DNA from: Eledone cirrhosa
Lineage: Eukaryota
Length of the DNA: 64,000 bases
Direction: 5' to 3'
NCBI GenBank assembly: GCA_964016885.1
Contig: OZ024743.1
Coordinates: 305,350,001 to 305,414,000, forward strand
Numbering within the stretch: the first letter of the stretch is position 1; every line of letters begins with the position of its first letter. Positions 62,880 to 64,000 of the stretch are shown here, in pieces. Both the position numbers and the translations under genes were made by a program. The notes below the pieces were generated by a model, which was given only the letters and a program-made list of their open reading frames with translations, was not told where the DNA came from and made no database searches.

Positions 62880-64000
62880 TTTACCGTAATAAATTATTAT
62901 TTATTATATTATATTAAATCACTATATTAGTTCTACCTTCAAGGGAAGAATGAACTCTGAATAATGATTATGTTATTATACAATATAAACGTATTTGCAA
63001 AAACTACATATAGAGAGATATACTAAGTATTAATGAGACAGTATACTTTTGGTAAATGATAACGATTATAATCTTAGATAATAGATTCAAACATGCATAA
63101 CTTAAATACATACATATATATATAAAAAAAATGTAAACGCATGAATGATCAACAGTTCAAAATACTGTCCGTAAAAAATTACAGGTTGGATATTTAAACT
63201 ATATTTAAAACAGAGATAGAAAAATAAAGATAGAGAAATAAAGGTATGGATCAAAGTTAATAATATCCAAAAAACCATATGTTATGTATATCAACGTGCC
63301 AGCATGTTATTAAACAAATGTCATTCATTCAAACGTTATTTCCTTTATAGATGGTTATAAGATAAAGCAATATTAAAGTTTTATAAGCCATTAAGGTTTT
63401 AAACTGTTGATGATGTACGTATAAAAACCAAGTTTGGTTGCTTACTGTTTTTTCCTGATCTTATGGGAGGCTTGGAATGTAGACAAGGCTTTATGAAGGC
63501 AGTTTGAGAATAATTCACTTTTTTGTTAATTATGTTCTCATAATTGTTAATAATCAAAAGGGTCTCCATTGTACAAAGCGCGCAGTTACTTGATATACTT
63601 GAGTTGCGGTAAACTTCACTATTACGAAGTTTCGTTCAAAAGATGGAGTATTTTAAATTATTATCTTTTAATGACCATATAAGCTGTGATAAAGAAGTGG
63701 ATGATTTCTTATTGGAATTCGAAAATTAACATTTATGATTCGCAAATCTAGCTTTAAATGTAGAAGAAGTCGATCCTATGTAGTTGTATGTGTTGTAATC
63801 AGTTTTTACGGTGCATTTATACACCAAATTACTATCCAAACAATTATTTTGCAGAGGGAAATCAAGTTTATTTCTACAATTACATTTTGATTTATTATTA
63901 TTTATGTTAATACTATTATTAAGATCATTATGCTGATTCTGCTTTAGAATTTTACTGTTTATTTTACCAATGTTTTGGGCCATATTCATAGTTGTTGAAT
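61922..64000 (-). mobile_element. Penelope-like retroelement (possibly Naiad-type) 3' part: GIY-YIG endonuclease, 3' UTR and terminal hammerhead
   Basis: CNCRNK..PL..NCL..N.VYKC.V...YIGST..FKARFANH...TSLSQLIW.LKD...CALC..E...INKK.EL..NCLH, with stops; ends at (TA)n 61880-61921. Confidence 0.85.
62066..62135 (-). ncRNA. Minimal type I hammerhead ribozyme motif
   Basis: ttattttat-CTGATGA-GGACGTAC-TG-TTGAA-CCTGA-TTCAA-GTACCTCT-GAAA-TATGTA-TA-atagaat. Confidence 0.7.

Noticed and set aside
63480-63989. Selenocysteine UGA in the Penelope ORF (reported for some Naiad elements)
   Set aside because: The in-frame TGA falls at an expected Trp position (YSIF*), not a Cys, and there is also a TAA and a frameshift. 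This is ordinary decay, and I saw no convincing SECIS.

Overview
AT-rich, repeat-dense animal genomic DNA; the repeat families suggest an octopod cephalopod (inference). One host gene crosses the window on the + strand. I can trace 12 GT-AG coding exons (1491-57401) that splice in frame into five tandem, divergent MAM domains of a large extracellular glycoprotein whose start and end lie outside the window. The introns hold R4/Dong LINEs beside (TAA)n, RTE LINEs with a PHD finger inside the RT, a CRE-like fragment, tRNA-derived SINEs, four main minisatellites and Penelope-like elements (PLEs). Intron 31689-45342 has a three-level nest: a near-intact Ty3/Gypsy element inside a non-coding LTR element, itself inside an RTE 3' tail. 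The most notable unannotated signal is eight hammerhead-ribozyme-like motifs in PLE termini, anchored in (TA)n tracts; four of them lie in the arms of two ~2-kb fold-back elements. There are no prokaryotic features and no CRISPR array. TE boundaries are approximate unless TSDs are quoted.
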